Origin: Candidatus Woesearchaeota archaeon
GTDB lineage: Archaea > Nanobdellota > Nanobdellia > Woesearchaeales > GW2011-AR9
Length of the DNA: 64,000 nucleotides
NCBI GenBank assembly: GCA_041665465.1
Contig: JBAYIU010000001.1
Location: forward strand, 1,406,260 to 1,470,259
Direction of reading: 5' to 3'
Every line of letters starts with the position of its first letter. The first letter of the stretch is position 1. The translations under genes and the position numbers were made by a program. The notes under the pieces were generated by a model that saw only the letters and a program-made list of their open reading frames with translations, did no database searches and was not told where the DNA came from. Shown in pieces: positions 47,993-57,934 of this stretch.

Positions 47993-49060
47993 ATGTCCTT
48001 GTTTAAAGATATGTTGAAAGGTGGTGAGACCATTTTTAGAGATAGTGTTGTTCTTGACTATGATTATCAGCCTAAGATGATCAAGTACCGTGAGAATGAA
48101 CAGATGCGTTTCGCTACCGCTATCAGGCCTTTGCTGCAAGGCAATAATGGAAGAAACCTGTTTGTGTATGGTCCGCCAGGGGTGGGTAAAACTACTGCTT
48201 GCAAGCACGTGTTAAGAGAACTACAGGAAGAAACTGATGAAGTTCATACAGTTTACATCAATTGCTGGAAAGAAAATACCACTTTTAAGATTTATATCAA
48301 GATTTGTGAGGATTTAGGATACAAATTCATTCAAAGCAAGAAAACTTCTGAACTGTTTGGGATGATCAAACAGCACTTTAATAAGAAGCCGGTAGTGTTT
48401 GTGTTTGATGAGATCGATAAATTAGAGGATACTGATTTCTTGTACGGGATATTAGAAGATATTTATCGTAAGTCGATTATTGTTTTAACAAATTATCGAG
48501 ATACTTATTCTGAACTGGATGAACGTATCAGAAGCCGTTTCTCTCCAGAATTTCTTCCTTTTAATTCTTATACTGAACAAGAGATTGCTGGAATAATGAA
48601 AGAACGTTGTGAGTATGCTTTCATCCCGGATAGTTGGGACCAGGATGCTTTTATGGAAATTGTAGAAAAGTGTACCGAACTACAGGATGTACGAATTGGA
48701 TTATATATGATGCGAGAAGCAGGGAATCTGGCTGAAGAAAAGAGTTCTCGTAAAGTTACTCTTCCCCATGTAGCGGAAGCACTTAAAAAAGTAGATGAAT
48801 TCCATATCAAACCTAAAGAAGGGTTAGACGAAGAGTTGCAGATGATTCTGGACTTGGTAAGAAGTAATTCTGGAAAAAAGATTGGTGATGTGTATACTGC
48901 TTATGTAGAAAAAGGTGGAGAGATGAGTTATAAAAGTTTCCAGCGTCGCATTCTTAAATTGCAGGAAGGCCGTTTCTTAAACATGGAAAAGTTATCCAGT
49001 AAAGAAGGAAATACTAGTATTGTTAGTGTAAGCGCAGATAAGAAACTTAATGAGTTCTAA
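47993..49060 (+). CDS. orc1: Orc1/Cdc6 replication initiator
   Basis: Walker A 'GPPGVGKTT', Walker B 'VFVFDEID', sensor and winged-helix C-terminus. Confidence 0.85.
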   Translation: MSLFKDMLKGGETIFRDSVVLDYDYQPKMIKYRENEQMRFATAIRPLLQGNNGRNLFVYGPPGVGKTTACKHVLRELQEETDEVHTVYINCWKENTTFKIYIKICEDLGYKFIQSKKTSELFGMIKQHFNKKPVVFVFDEIDKLEDTDFLYGILEDIYRKSIIVLTNYRDTYSELDERIRSRFSPEFLPFNSYTEQEIAGIMKERCEYAFIPDSWDQDAFMEIVEKCTELQDVRIGLYMMREAGNLAEEKSSRKVTLPHVAEALKKVDEFHIKPKEGLDEELQMILDLVRSNSGKKIGDVYTAYVEKGGEMSYKSFQRRILKLQEGRFLNMEKLSSKEGNTSIVSVSADKKLNEF

Positions 49061-49140
49061 GAATAGAACTACTCTAGAATAACAAACCTTATAAATCTTC
49101 TTCCTTCTTTATCTCTAAAGTTTACACTTACGAGGCAAAA

Positions 49141-49851
49141 ATGGCTAAAAATTTAGAATATCAACTTATTTCTGGAGAATATGGTGCAGTTGGAGAATTA
49201 ATCGAAACCGGTTATCGCTTACAAACTGCTCGTGAATTACAGGATGATCGCTGGCAAGACGGTCAAGAAGCATTACAAAAGAAGGGATTTTATGTTGCTA
49301 ATGGTAGTGCTTTATATCGAGATCGTAAGAGTGGTCGTTTAAGTTGGGCTTGTACCGATGGACAACATAACTTAATTCTTAAATCTCCCCGTCGGGCATG
49401 GGATTTAAGAATTTTATCTGAGGATGGTATCTGCCGTCCGGGTAGTGCTAGAACCTCTTGGAATGCTATTAATCATGAGAGTACTCAGAAGTTCTTCTTG
49501 GATGACCTAGAACTGGTCCTAGGTTATGGTAATTCTTCTTTTATGCCAATTAAAACAGATAATTATGGTGCCTTAAACCCAGAGCAAAAAAGAGCTGCAA
49601 GCGCTGTTGGTTATACTGAACAGAATGTTGCTTATATGGCCAAGAAAGGAATTAAGGAAATTCATTTGGGATTGCTAAATTCAGAATACTTAACAAGGGT
49701 CTTTGCAAAAGAAGGAAAAGATCCTATTTGGTTGGTTTCTTCGCTGTGTGATGATGAGACTGTTGATCAAAAAGACTTTTCTTATTTCAACGCGAGAGAA
49801 CGCTACACCGATGGCTCTCTTCTTCTTCGTGGAGTGCGTGAGGTTAAGTAA
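49141..49851 (+). CDS. Hypothetical protein, compositionally GC-richer
   Basis: ORF. Confidence 0.35.
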   Translation: MAKNLEYQLISGEYGAVGELIETGYRLQTARELQDDRWQDGQEALQKKGFYVANGSALYRDRKSGRLSWACTDGQHNLILKSPRRAWDLRILSEDGICRPGSARTSWNAINHESTQKFFLDDLELVLGYGNSSFMPIKTDNYGALNPEQKRAASAVGYTEQNVAYMAKKGIKEIHLGLLNSEYLTRVFAKEGKDPIWLVSSLCDDETVDQKDFSYFNARERYTDGSLLLRGVREVK

Positions 49852-49854
49852 GTT

Positions 49855-50532
49855 CTAAATTATCCTTAACTTCGTTAATTCTTTTTCTAATTCAACAACG
49901 TTCTTAGCTTGGACCAAACAAATCTTCTTTAACCCTTTAGAAACATAAGGGTCCCATCCTGCTAGTATAAAAGGAACATCCAATTCTTTGCAAGCAAAAT
50001 AATCTTCTTCTTCATTGCCAATATACACTTCCGGTTTTCCATGGGTTGAAATAAACCGCTGCAACAATTCTTTCTTGTTTGGTTCTTCGTGTAACGGACT
50101 TAGTTCTTTAAAATCAAATAGGTCTGAACATCCTGCTAATTCTAAGATTGGATTAACGCTCTCTTCAGGAGAAGTGGTAATTAAAGCTAGAGTATACTTC
50201 CTCTTCAATTCCTTGAGTAAGGTAATAATCTCAGAATATCTCAGTTTGTCTCTGAGTTGATGAGCTTTTCCCAGATAACTCATCTGAAACAAGCTGCGAG
50301 CCATTTTCTTAAGCAACAGTTTATTCTCTTCCTTCTTGGCATCTAATCCTGTGTACCTTTCTAGTACCTTATACACTTCAGGAAAATAATCCTTTTTCTT
50401 TGCAAGGGTCTCTACAGACGGGTCATTTAAAGCAGCAGCCATAATTCTAAACCATTCTTGATGTGCTTTTTGTCCTGCTTCTTCACAGATTAAAGTTCCA
50501 GAAAGGTCTACTGCAATTATTTTCTTAGACAT
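49855..50532 (-). CDS. HAD-like hydrolase (divergent motif I)
   Basis: 'IIAVDLSGTLI', 'ALITTSPEE', 'YIGNEEEDYFACKE'. Confidence 0.45.
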   Translation of the reverse strand: MSKKIIAVDLSGTLICEEAGQKAHQEWFRIMAAALNDPSVETLAKKKDYFPEVYKVLERYTGLDAKKEENKLLLKKMARSLFQMSYLGKAHQLRDKLRYSEIITLLKELKRKYTLALITTSPEESVNPILELAGCSDLFDFKELSPLHEEPNKKELLQRFISTHGKPEVYIGNEEEDYFACKELDVPFILAGWDPYVSKGLKKICLVQAKNVVELEKELTKLRII

Positions 50533-50570
50533 ACTTATTCTTTCCTAAAGAAGATTAAAAACTTTTCTGT

Positions 50571-52982
50571 CTAATATCTACTTAATGCTAACTTAAGAAT
50601 CTGGTATACTTTAGGATATTTCTGGATTTTTAACAGATCGGTATGCAATAATTGTGATCCTGAACAACTACCTTCTACATAATAATTTTTCACTCCAGGT
50701 AGTTCTGCTTTTTCTTTCAATACCACTCCATCTCCGTCTACTCCATTAGTTTCACATCCTGTGCCCACAATATTATAAATGGGTATTTCCGGAAGAGGTT
50801 CTCGATTTAGCTTATTCAAGAACAGACTATTTTCACTCATATCTCTACATTCCAATTGTTCTCCGATTACCGGACAATAATCCGCTACGTCTCCCACCAC
50901 TCCATTGTTGGGAGTACCAATCATTACTAGTTGTGAAACACTTTCCGATCCAAATACTTGAATATATCTACGAGCGACTAATCCTCCCATACTATGAGCT
51001 ACGATTATTACTTTAGACCTTCCGGTTTTGTATTTTATCCAGTCAATCATATCCTTTAAACGGATAGCGTAAGTGTCAATATTTTCACTTTTAGTCTGTA
51101 CTAAACTGTACTGGCTAGCTTCTTCGAATAGATCATAATAATAACTTCCTTTGAAAGTAAATGGTGCAGGGATTTGTTTCCAGATCCCTTTAGTATCAGT
51201 TTTAAAACTGTATCCTGAAATTGCTCCTGCATTTAGGTATCCTTCTTCCACTAATTGGTTCTGGATAAAATTAAACGCATCTAAACTGTACTCAGTGGAT
51301 ACATCTTTGTTAAAAGCGTGACCATGGATAAATATAATCGGATATTGTTTAGGGTCATCTTGACAAGTAAGGTTAAGGCAACAGGCTTTTTCTTCTCCAT
51401 ATACTGGACAGGTTTGAGATGGTTCTTCTAAACTTATCTCAAAGGGAGTAATATTTACTGATTCTTGTTCAGAAAAATTTGCTAAAGGTAAATTAATGAG
51501 GTCTAAATCTAGAGGATAGGTTAAGCAACTTGGTTGTTGTCTGATTAATTCTTCTACTAATAGATTGGTAGGAGAAGAATCTATCACTCTAGAAGAATCA
51601 TTAAGGATTAATCCTTGTAATGCTTTTACAATTATTTCTGAACCTCTAGAAAGATTATTCAAATGAGCTTTAGCTTGGGTTGATTGAAGCAGATCAATAT
51701 TAGCTCGAGCGTTTTGTATTAAGGTACTGCTGTTAACATCTCTAGAGCTGCTTGGCAAAGAAGCTTTGGTTTGGGTTAATAACAGTAAAAAGTCTGCCGC
51801 TCTTTGACATGATTGGTTTAAAGAATAGCGATTTTCTGTTCCCATGGACGGGAAAGAATGAGTCACGCACATTCCATTAATCAGGCATAATACTTCTTGG
51901 TCTATAGCCAAAGCCACTTCTAGATTTAATTTCTCAGTTAATATCTCTTCTTGAACTGACTTATTTAAACTAAAGGCATAGTTTTCTAACTCTAAAGCTA
52001 ATTGTTGTTTTTCTCCTAGGGTTCCTTTTTGATTGAACAATTCCTGTTTGTGATTATAAGTGATGACCGTTTGATTTAAGGCTGTGATAAAGCCCGGATT
52101 TAATAGTTTAGATTCTTCCTTAAGATGTTGTACTAATTCTTGAGCACCTTTAACTTGATCTTTGGCTTGGTTTAGTTGTAATAATAATGGTGAAACTGCT
52201 TGATTCCATTGTTCTAGACGCAAACTTATGGCTTGAGAATTAGACTCAATCTTTTTCAATAATTCTTCTACCTTAGAAAAATCTTGAAGTTCCCATTCTC
52301 GGGCAGTTTGATTAAATAATTCTCTATTTTCTCTTAAACTGCGATTGATATCTTTTGCAGGAAAGTCTACTTCTAAGGTCAATACTTCTTTTATTTGATT
52401 GTTTAGTTGTTCAGTTCTCAACGTTTCCTGTTCTAACTCTTCTTGTTGAATCAGTTTCTGATTAAAATTTATCTTAGTACTATCCTTCATATCTAGCTCT
52501 TCTTGACTTAAATCGTGGCTTAAGGTAATTATAATAGAACGAGTAATGTTGTCCTCAGCAGTATGACACCAAGTGGTTTTCTTGCTATAACAGGCGATAT
52601 TAAACTGATACAATTCTTTACCACTTCCTTTATGATACGGTTTTAAAGTATATTCTCGGTAAAATGGCGATCCTGGACGGATGGTAAAGGCCAAGTTATC
52701 TATCTCTCGATTGTGGCTTAGGTCTTGAAACAGTGAATTACATTTCGCTTGACAGAAAGGGTTAGTTTGTACCTTAACCTCAAAAGCTACTTTTTGTTCC
52801 TGGCCGTTGTCTAAGTAAATGTTCTCATTATTGGTACTTAAAGTGATCAAGATATCGTTTCCTAATAAGAAATTCATCCACAACCAGATTTTTGTCCCGA
52901 AAATGAATAATAATATGATTAAGAGTATCCCTGCGGGAATAATATACTTTTTATTCTTATTCCACCACGTTCTTTTAACCAT
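50571..52982 (-). CDS. Membrane-anchored protein with long coiled-coil region and C-terminal alpha/beta-hydrolase (lipase/PGAP1-like) domain
   Basis: N-terminal TM 'YIIPAGILLIILLFIFGTKIWLWM'; Gln/Glu/Leu-rich coiled coil; 'IIFIHGHAFN' and nucleophile elbow 'VAHSMGG'. Confidence 0.6.
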   Translation of the reverse strand: MVKRTWWNKNKKYIIPAGILLIILLFIFGTKIWLWMNFLLGNDILITLSTNNENIYLDNGQEQKVAFEVKVQTNPFCQAKCNSLFQDLSHNREIDNLAFTIRPGSPFYREYTLKPYHKGSGKELYQFNIACYSKKTTWCHTAEDNITRSIIITLSHDLSQEELDMKDSTKINFNQKLIQQEELEQETLRTEQLNNQIKEVLTLEVDFPAKDINRSLRENRELFNQTAREWELQDFSKVEELLKKIESNSQAISLRLEQWNQAVSPLLLQLNQAKDQVKGAQELVQHLKEESKLLNPGFITALNQTVITYNHKQELFNQKGTLGEKQQLALELENYAFSLNKSVQEEILTEKLNLEVALAIDQEVLCLINGMCVTHSFPSMGTENRYSLNQSCQRAADFLLLLTQTKASLPSSSRDVNSSTLIQNARANIDLLQSTQAKAHLNNLSRGSEIIVKALQGLILNDSSRVIDSSPTNLLVEELIRQQPSCLTYPLDLDLINLPLANFSEQESVNITPFEISLEEPSQTCPVYGEEKACCLNLTCQDDPKQYPIIFIHGHAFNKDVSTEYSLDAFNFIQNQLVEEGYLNAGAISGYSFKTDTKGIWKQIPAPFTFKGSYYYDLFEEASQYSLVQTKSENIDTYAIRLKDMIDWIKYKTGRSKVIIVAHSMGGLVARRYIQVFGSESVSQLVMIGTPNNGVVGDVADYCPVIGEQLECRDMSENSLFLNKLNREPLPEIPIYNIVGTGCETNGVDGDGVVLKEKAELPGVKNYYVEGSCSGSQLLHTDLLKIQKYPKVYQILKLALSRY

Positions 52983-53132
52983 AATTCTCTTTAAAACATC
53001 TTTTAATATTTAAAATATACTCTTTTCATAAGTGGAGAATATCGATTGCAAAATGATGGTTGTAATAGTCTAATTGCTAATCCCCAGTAAGAACAAAAAC
53101 TATATAAATATCCTCGTTAAAATGAATTAACT

Positions 53133-53423
53133 ATGGCAAAAGAGATTAATCCAATTGAACGGAAAATCAGTATGGTGGCTGCCGCTTCTGAAGCGTTAGC
53201 TTATAAGAAGAAAAATCCCGCCCATGATAGCGATCGGGTATTACAGTACATTTCTAAAAATGTGGCTATCGGTAAAGATGAGATTACTAAAATGGGAATG
53301 ATTGCTGCAGCTACAGATGCGTTAACTATTGTAGAAAAACAACCCGCACTGAATGAGAAGGACGTGTTAAGGAAAGTTATGGATAACCTTCCCGGGATAA
53401 TTAATAACATTAACGACATTTAA
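53133..53423 (+). CDS. Small hypothetical protein with internal duplication
   Basis: 'MVAAASEALAYKKKNPAHDSDRVLQYISKNV' and 'MIAAATDALTIVEKQPALNEKDVLRKVMDNL'. Confidence 0.3.
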   Translation: MAKEINPIERKISMVAAASEALAYKKKNPAHDSDRVLQYISKNVAIGKDEITKMGMIAAATDALTIVEKQPALNEKDVLRKVMDNLPGIINNINDI

Positions 53424-53533
53424 TTTTTTCTTTTTCATATTTATTTTTCTGAGAGTGTGCTTGTAACTCTACTTCTATCTAAAAGTTTATATAGCTGAAG
53501 TATTGAACCTCTTTAATAAAAAGAGTGTGAAAT

Positions 53534-55459
53534 ATGCAATACAAAAATCTTACTTTAGATCCGTTTCAAGAAGATGCCATTAAAGCTATTGAAGCAAACA
53601 ACTCAGTAGTTGTTTCTGCTCCTACTGGAAGCGGTAAGACCTTAATTGCTGACTTTATCATCGAGAAGCATCGAAATGATGATAAACGAATAATCTATAC
53701 TGCTCCCATCAAGGCTCTTTCTAACCAGAAATATCGAGATTTCTGTAAGGATTATGGTGAGGACAGGATAGGATTAATGACCGGAGATATTGTCATCAAC
53801 CCCAGTGCTAAAGTTTTGATCATGACTACCGAGATCTATCGTAACATGGTAGTTTCTAACGATGAAGAAGTTAAAGATGTAGCTTACGTCATTTTTGATG
53901 AGATTCATTTTATTAATGATATTGAACGAGGATATGTTTGGGAAGAATCAATAATCTATAGTCCTGAAACGGTACGTTTTCTTTGTCTCTCTGCTACTAT
54001 CCCCAATGCTGAAGAATTTGCTCGCTGGATTAAAGCGATTAAACATCATTCCGTAAAAACTGTCGTCTCTGTTACTCGTCCTGTTCCATTACAGATGCAA
54101 TTTTATGATTATGAACAAGGGTTAACCACTTTAGAAAAAGTAAAAGCAGTTTTGGATGATCCAGAATATCGAAGAATGCGCAGTAAGAAGACTAAAAATA
54201 GAGTAAGGGTTCCTGCTCCAGATCATACTGCTTTAATCAAAGAGATAGGTAATGACAAGTTACCTTGCTTGTTCTTTATCTTTTCCAGAAATGAGTGCCA
54301 ACTTAAATCTCAAGAACTAGCTCGTAAAAACCTTTTTCCTAAAGATTTTAACTTACTTCAACGTTTTAATAAACGATTAGAAGATGCTCCTAGCGAGATC
54401 AGTCGTTTAACCTCTACCAAGATTCTTAGAGAAACCTTACCTCAGGGAATAGCGTTTCATCATGCTGGACTTTTACCAATCATAAAAGAAGCATTAGAAG
54501 AGTTCTTTGCAGAAGGAAAGATTAAAGTTCTTTATGCCACAGAAACTTTTGCTGTTGGTATCAACATGCCAGCTAAAACTGTAGCTTTTGATTCTTTACG
54601 CAAGTTTGATGGATACAATTTTAGAAATCTTACTACCAAAGAATTCTTCCAAATGGCCGGAAGAGCAGGTAGAAGAGGAATAGATAAGATTGGTTATGCT
54701 ATTAGTATGATCTTCCGTCCAAGTTTCAGTTATGCTGAAGTTAAACATATCACTTCTAAAGATGTTGAGCCAATTAAATCTCAATTTAAATTGTCTGTAA
54801 ATACTGTTCTTAACTTGATTAACCAACATACCCCAGAACAGATTGAACATATCTTACGTTTGAGTTTCTGGAGTTATCAACAGTTCGGAGAGAATTATGC
54901 TAAAGTTCCAGCTAGAGTATTATTGGCTAGGTATAATAGTATTGTTAGAAAATTAGAGTTGTTTGGATATATCCAAGACGGGACTATTACTCCTAAGGGG
55001 ATGTTCTCAGCTAAGATCTTTGCCGACGAAATATCAATCGGAGAAATATTTGCTACAGAGATTGCTGAGTCTTTGGATGAGTATCAAATTTTGTTAGTCT
55101 TAGCAGGATTAGCTTACGAAACCAGAGATATAGACGAGTTTAAGAACCAACATGTCGATGACCGTTTACGCAAGTTACGTAAAATTTTACATGATCATGA
55201 ATACCTTTCTAAAGAGAAGAAGTTTAAGGAATTAGAGAAAATCTCTGCTTTAGTTTATCCTGTTTTTTCCGGAGAAAGTTTCTTTAAAGTGTTAGAACAA
55301 ACTAATCTTCAGGAAGGAGATTTGATTCGGTTCTTCTTACAGATCCTGGATCGTATTGGTCAGATTAAGAAAGCTACTACAGATTATCGAGTGAAGAATA
55401 AGATGGCTAACTGTGAAGGTATCCTTAAGAAAGCCCTGGAAGGGATATATTTAGTGTAA
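53534..55459 (+). CDS. Ski2-like/Hel308-family DExH helicase
   Basis: 'APTGSGKT', 'DEIH', 'SAT', 'FHHAGL', 'QMAGRAGRRG'. Confidence 0.8.
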   Translation: MQYKNLTLDPFQEDAIKAIEANNSVVVSAPTGSGKTLIADFIIEKHRNDDKRIIYTAPIKALSNQKYRDFCKDYGEDRIGLMTGDIVINPSAKVLIMTTEIYRNMVVSNDEEVKDVAYVIFDEIHFINDIERGYVWEESIIYSPETVRFLCLSATIPNAEEFARWIKAIKHHSVKTVVSVTRPVPLQMQFYDYEQGLTTLEKVKAVLDDPEYRRMRSKKTKNRVRVPAPDHTALIKEIGNDKLPCLFFIFSRNECQLKSQELARKNLFPKDFNLLQRFNKRLEDAPSEISRLTSTKILRETLPQGIAFHHAGLLPIIKEALEEFFAEGKIKVLYATETFAVGINMPAKTVAFDSLRKFDGYNFRNLTTKEFFQMAGRAGRRGIDKIGYAISMIFRPSFSYAEVKHITSKDVEPIKSQFKLSVNTVLNLINQHTPEQIEHILRLSFWSYQQFGENYAKVPARVLLARYNSIVRKLELFGYIQDGTITPKGMFSAKIFADEISIGEIFATEIAESLDEYQILLVLAGLAYETRDIDEFKNQHVDDRLRKLRKILHDHEYLSKEKKFKELEKISALVYPVFSGESFFKVLEQTNLQEGDLIRFFLQILDRIGQIKKATTDYRVKNKMANCEGILKKALEGIYLV

Positions 55460-55493
55460 GTTTGGGAAGATTTTTATAAATAAAAATAAAAAA

Positions 55494-57221
55494 TTACTTT
55501 CTATTATCTCTTTCATCTACTAATTGCTTGATGAAATCTTCTATCTTTACATCAAACTTGACTTCCCCCGATCGAGACCGAATCGCTAGACAGTTCTTCT
55601 CCACTTCTTTATCTCCAATGGTAACCATATAATTTGATTTCTCCATCTGAGCATCGCGTACCTTCTTGCCAATGGTTTCTGAAGAAAGGTCTAACTCTAC
55701 TCTGATCCTTTTATCCATTAATCTTTCAAAGAGATCTTGAGCGAGGAGATTGTTTCGTTCATTAACCGTAAGAATCTTAACTTGTACTGGATTTAACCAT
55801 AGGGGTAGATTTCCATTAGTATGTTCTAATAAGATCCCAATAAATCGCTCTAACGAACCGTAAATAACCCGATGTAACATTACTGGTCGTTTCATTTGGT
55901 TGTTATTATCCACATATTCTAACTCAAACCTCTCTGGCATGGCAAAATCTAATTGGATAGTGGAACATTGCCAGGTTCTTCCCAAACTGTCTCTTACATG
56001 GAAATCTATCTTCGGTCCGTAGAAAGCACCGTCTCCTTCATTTACTTTATACTTCATCTTAGTTTTCTTTAAGACGTCTTCTAAGGCTTTCTCAGCTTTG
56101 TCCCAAACAGAATCATCTCCTATTCTTTTCTCTGGGCGAGTAGACAGTTCTACATGGTCAAATTCTAAATTGAACTTTGAAAAGAATTTCTTGATCAGTT
56201 CAATGATATTATTTATCTCTTGATCTAATTGTTCTTCAGTACAGAAAATATGGGCATCATCTTGAGTAAATTTTATCACTCTAAACAATCCCGCTAGTAC
56301 TCCACTTAATTCTTGTCGATGTACAATCCCCAATTCACCTACTCTTAAGGGTAAGTGACGATAGGTCTTAGGAGTAGATTTGTAAACTAACATTCCTCCT
56401 GGACAGTTCATGGGTTTAACTGCAAATTCTCTTTTTTCATAATCCGTTAAAAAGATATTCTCTTTGTACTTATCCCAATGGCCCGAGATTAACCATAATT
56501 TCTTGTCTAAGATTTGAGGAGTAGAAATTTCTTGATATCCAGCCTTGCGATGTTCCTCTCTCCAGAAATTCACTAATTCATTGTAGATGGTTAATCCTTT
56601 ATCATGATAGAATACCATTCCCGGAGCTACATCTTGGAAAGAAAATAAATCTAATTTCTGTCCAATGATGCGATGATCGTTGTCTTTCAGTTTGCTAGTA
56701 TCTAATCTGGATTTGGAAATCTGTGCTAATAACTTCTTATGGTCAATCACTTCTTCTGTTGGGGCTATCTTAACTTCTTTTCCCACAGAAACTTCTCCTG
56801 CCGGTCCAAAACTTCTACTTAACTCAGAGAGAGGATGTCCTTTACAAGCTACGTTAAATGATTTATACCATCCAAAAGGTGCTCTGGTGATTTGATACTC
56901 TTTCTCTTTGTTTAATATCTTTTCTGCTTCTTTCAAAGCTTCTTCTGCTTTTTTAGGAGCAGCTAAGCTAGAACTTAAATGGGCATAGGGATATAAGACA
57001 ATATTCTTTGCTTTAACTTGTACTGCGATGTCTTTGACTTCTTTAACATAACGTTCTACTACTCCTTTAAGGTCAGATTCGTCAGCTTTCTCAACTGCAG
57101 AAAAGATCACTAAACATTCTTCTACTCTTTGCTTTCCTTCTTTAGCATCTTCGGCATCCTTAATAGCTTTCTTTTTAGCTTCAAACTCAATAAAATCGGC
57201 GTGTATGGCAAGTATTTTCAT
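55494..57221 (-). CDS. thrS: Threonyl-tRNA synthetase with archaeal-type N-terminal editing domain
   Basis: 'DHRIIGQKLDLFSF', class II motifs, C-terminal anticodon-binding region; non-bacterial N-terminus. Confidence 0.88.
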   Translation of the reverse strand: MKILAIHADFIEFEAKKKAIKDAEDAKEGKQRVEECLVIFSAVEKADESDLKGVVERYVKEVKDIAVQVKAKNIVLYPYAHLSSSLAAPKKAEEALKEAEKILNKEKEYQITRAPFGWYKSFNVACKGHPLSELSRSFGPAGEVSVGKEVKIAPTEEVIDHKKLLAQISKSRLDTSKLKDNDHRIIGQKLDLFSFQDVAPGMVFYHDKGLTIYNELVNFWREEHRKAGYQEISTPQILDKKLWLISGHWDKYKENIFLTDYEKREFAVKPMNCPGGMLVYKSTPKTYRHLPLRVGELGIVHRQELSGVLAGLFRVIKFTQDDAHIFCTEEQLDQEINNIIELIKKFFSKFNLEFDHVELSTRPEKRIGDDSVWDKAEKALEDVLKKTKMKYKVNEGDGAFYGPKIDFHVRDSLGRTWQCSTIQLDFAMPERFELEYVDNNNQMKRPVMLHRVIYGSLERFIGILLEHTNGNLPLWLNPVQVKILTVNERNNLLAQDLFERLMDKRIRVELDLSSETIGKKVRDAQMEKSNYMVTIGDKEVEKNCLAIRSRSGEVKFDVKIEDFIKQLVDERDNRK

Positions 57222-57280
57222 TTTTTAATCCTCTTGTTTTATTTTTAGTACTTCATCCTTATTCTTTAAATATTTAACTC

Positions 57281-57691
57281 TCATTTCTGTTTATGTGGTG
57301 TGTTCCAATAGAGGAGACGAGCAGAAAAGTTGGGAGAATCTTTTCTAATGTAACTCTCAATTAGATTTATTCCTTCTCCCGCTTTAACTACTACTTCCTG
57401 ACATCCTTCGAGGGGAAGAGTTCCCATGTAATCTCGCCGGACTAATATCCTTTGTTCTATCCCTTCCTCATAAACAGAACGAGGTAGATCTACTATCAGG
57501 ACTTCGTCACGAGGAAGGTGAAAACGACTGCTCTCTCTAGCTAAACTCTCATTTGGGGTTAAGAAGAAGTCTCTTTCCGAATCTAATCCTCTGGTAAGTA
57601 TTCCTCGCAATTTCCCTTGCTTCCCTCCATGGTACAATGTTATTTTTTCCGGTGCCATTTTTTGATTATAGCACTGCCTGTTCAGAACCAT
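57281..57691 (-). CDS. Hypothetical protein
   Basis: ORF. Confidence 0.3.
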   Translation of the reverse strand: MVLNRQCYNQKMAPEKITLYHGGKQGKLRGILTRGLDSERDFFLTPNESLARESSRFHLPRDEVLIVDLPRSVYEEGIEQRILVRRDYMGTLPLEGCQEVVVKAGEGINLIESYIRKDSPNFSARLLYWNTPHKQK

Positions 57692-57759
57692 TCTTCAGAA
57701 AGAAAAACTAGCCCTGAACTTCCCTTTAGCAGGAAGCAGTAGTGCTAGTAGTAGTAGTT

Positions 57760-57795
57760 CCAACTAGTAAAAACTTCAATAAGTTTTGTAGTTGG
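57760..57795. other. 36-nt near-perfect hairpin/palindrome (CCAACTAGTAAAACTT-caata-AAGTTTTGTAGTTGG) in a divergent promoter region
   Basis: Read directly. Confidence 0.4.
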
Positions 57796-57934
57796 TTTAA
57801 GATCATCTCTTGATGGGAGTTGAGGTAAAGTATTTAAAACTTTTGGAGATTATCTTTGTTCTTACTATTAAGTAATTACAAAGCGAAAGATTTATAAATA
57901 AGTCTTGCTTAAGAATGAAAAAGGTGATTAAAAC

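Noticed and set aside
47926-49140. Replication origin immediately flanking orc1/cdc6
   Set aside because: Neither flank (67 bp upstream, 80 bp downstream) contains ORB-like repeats or an extended AT-rich unwinding element.
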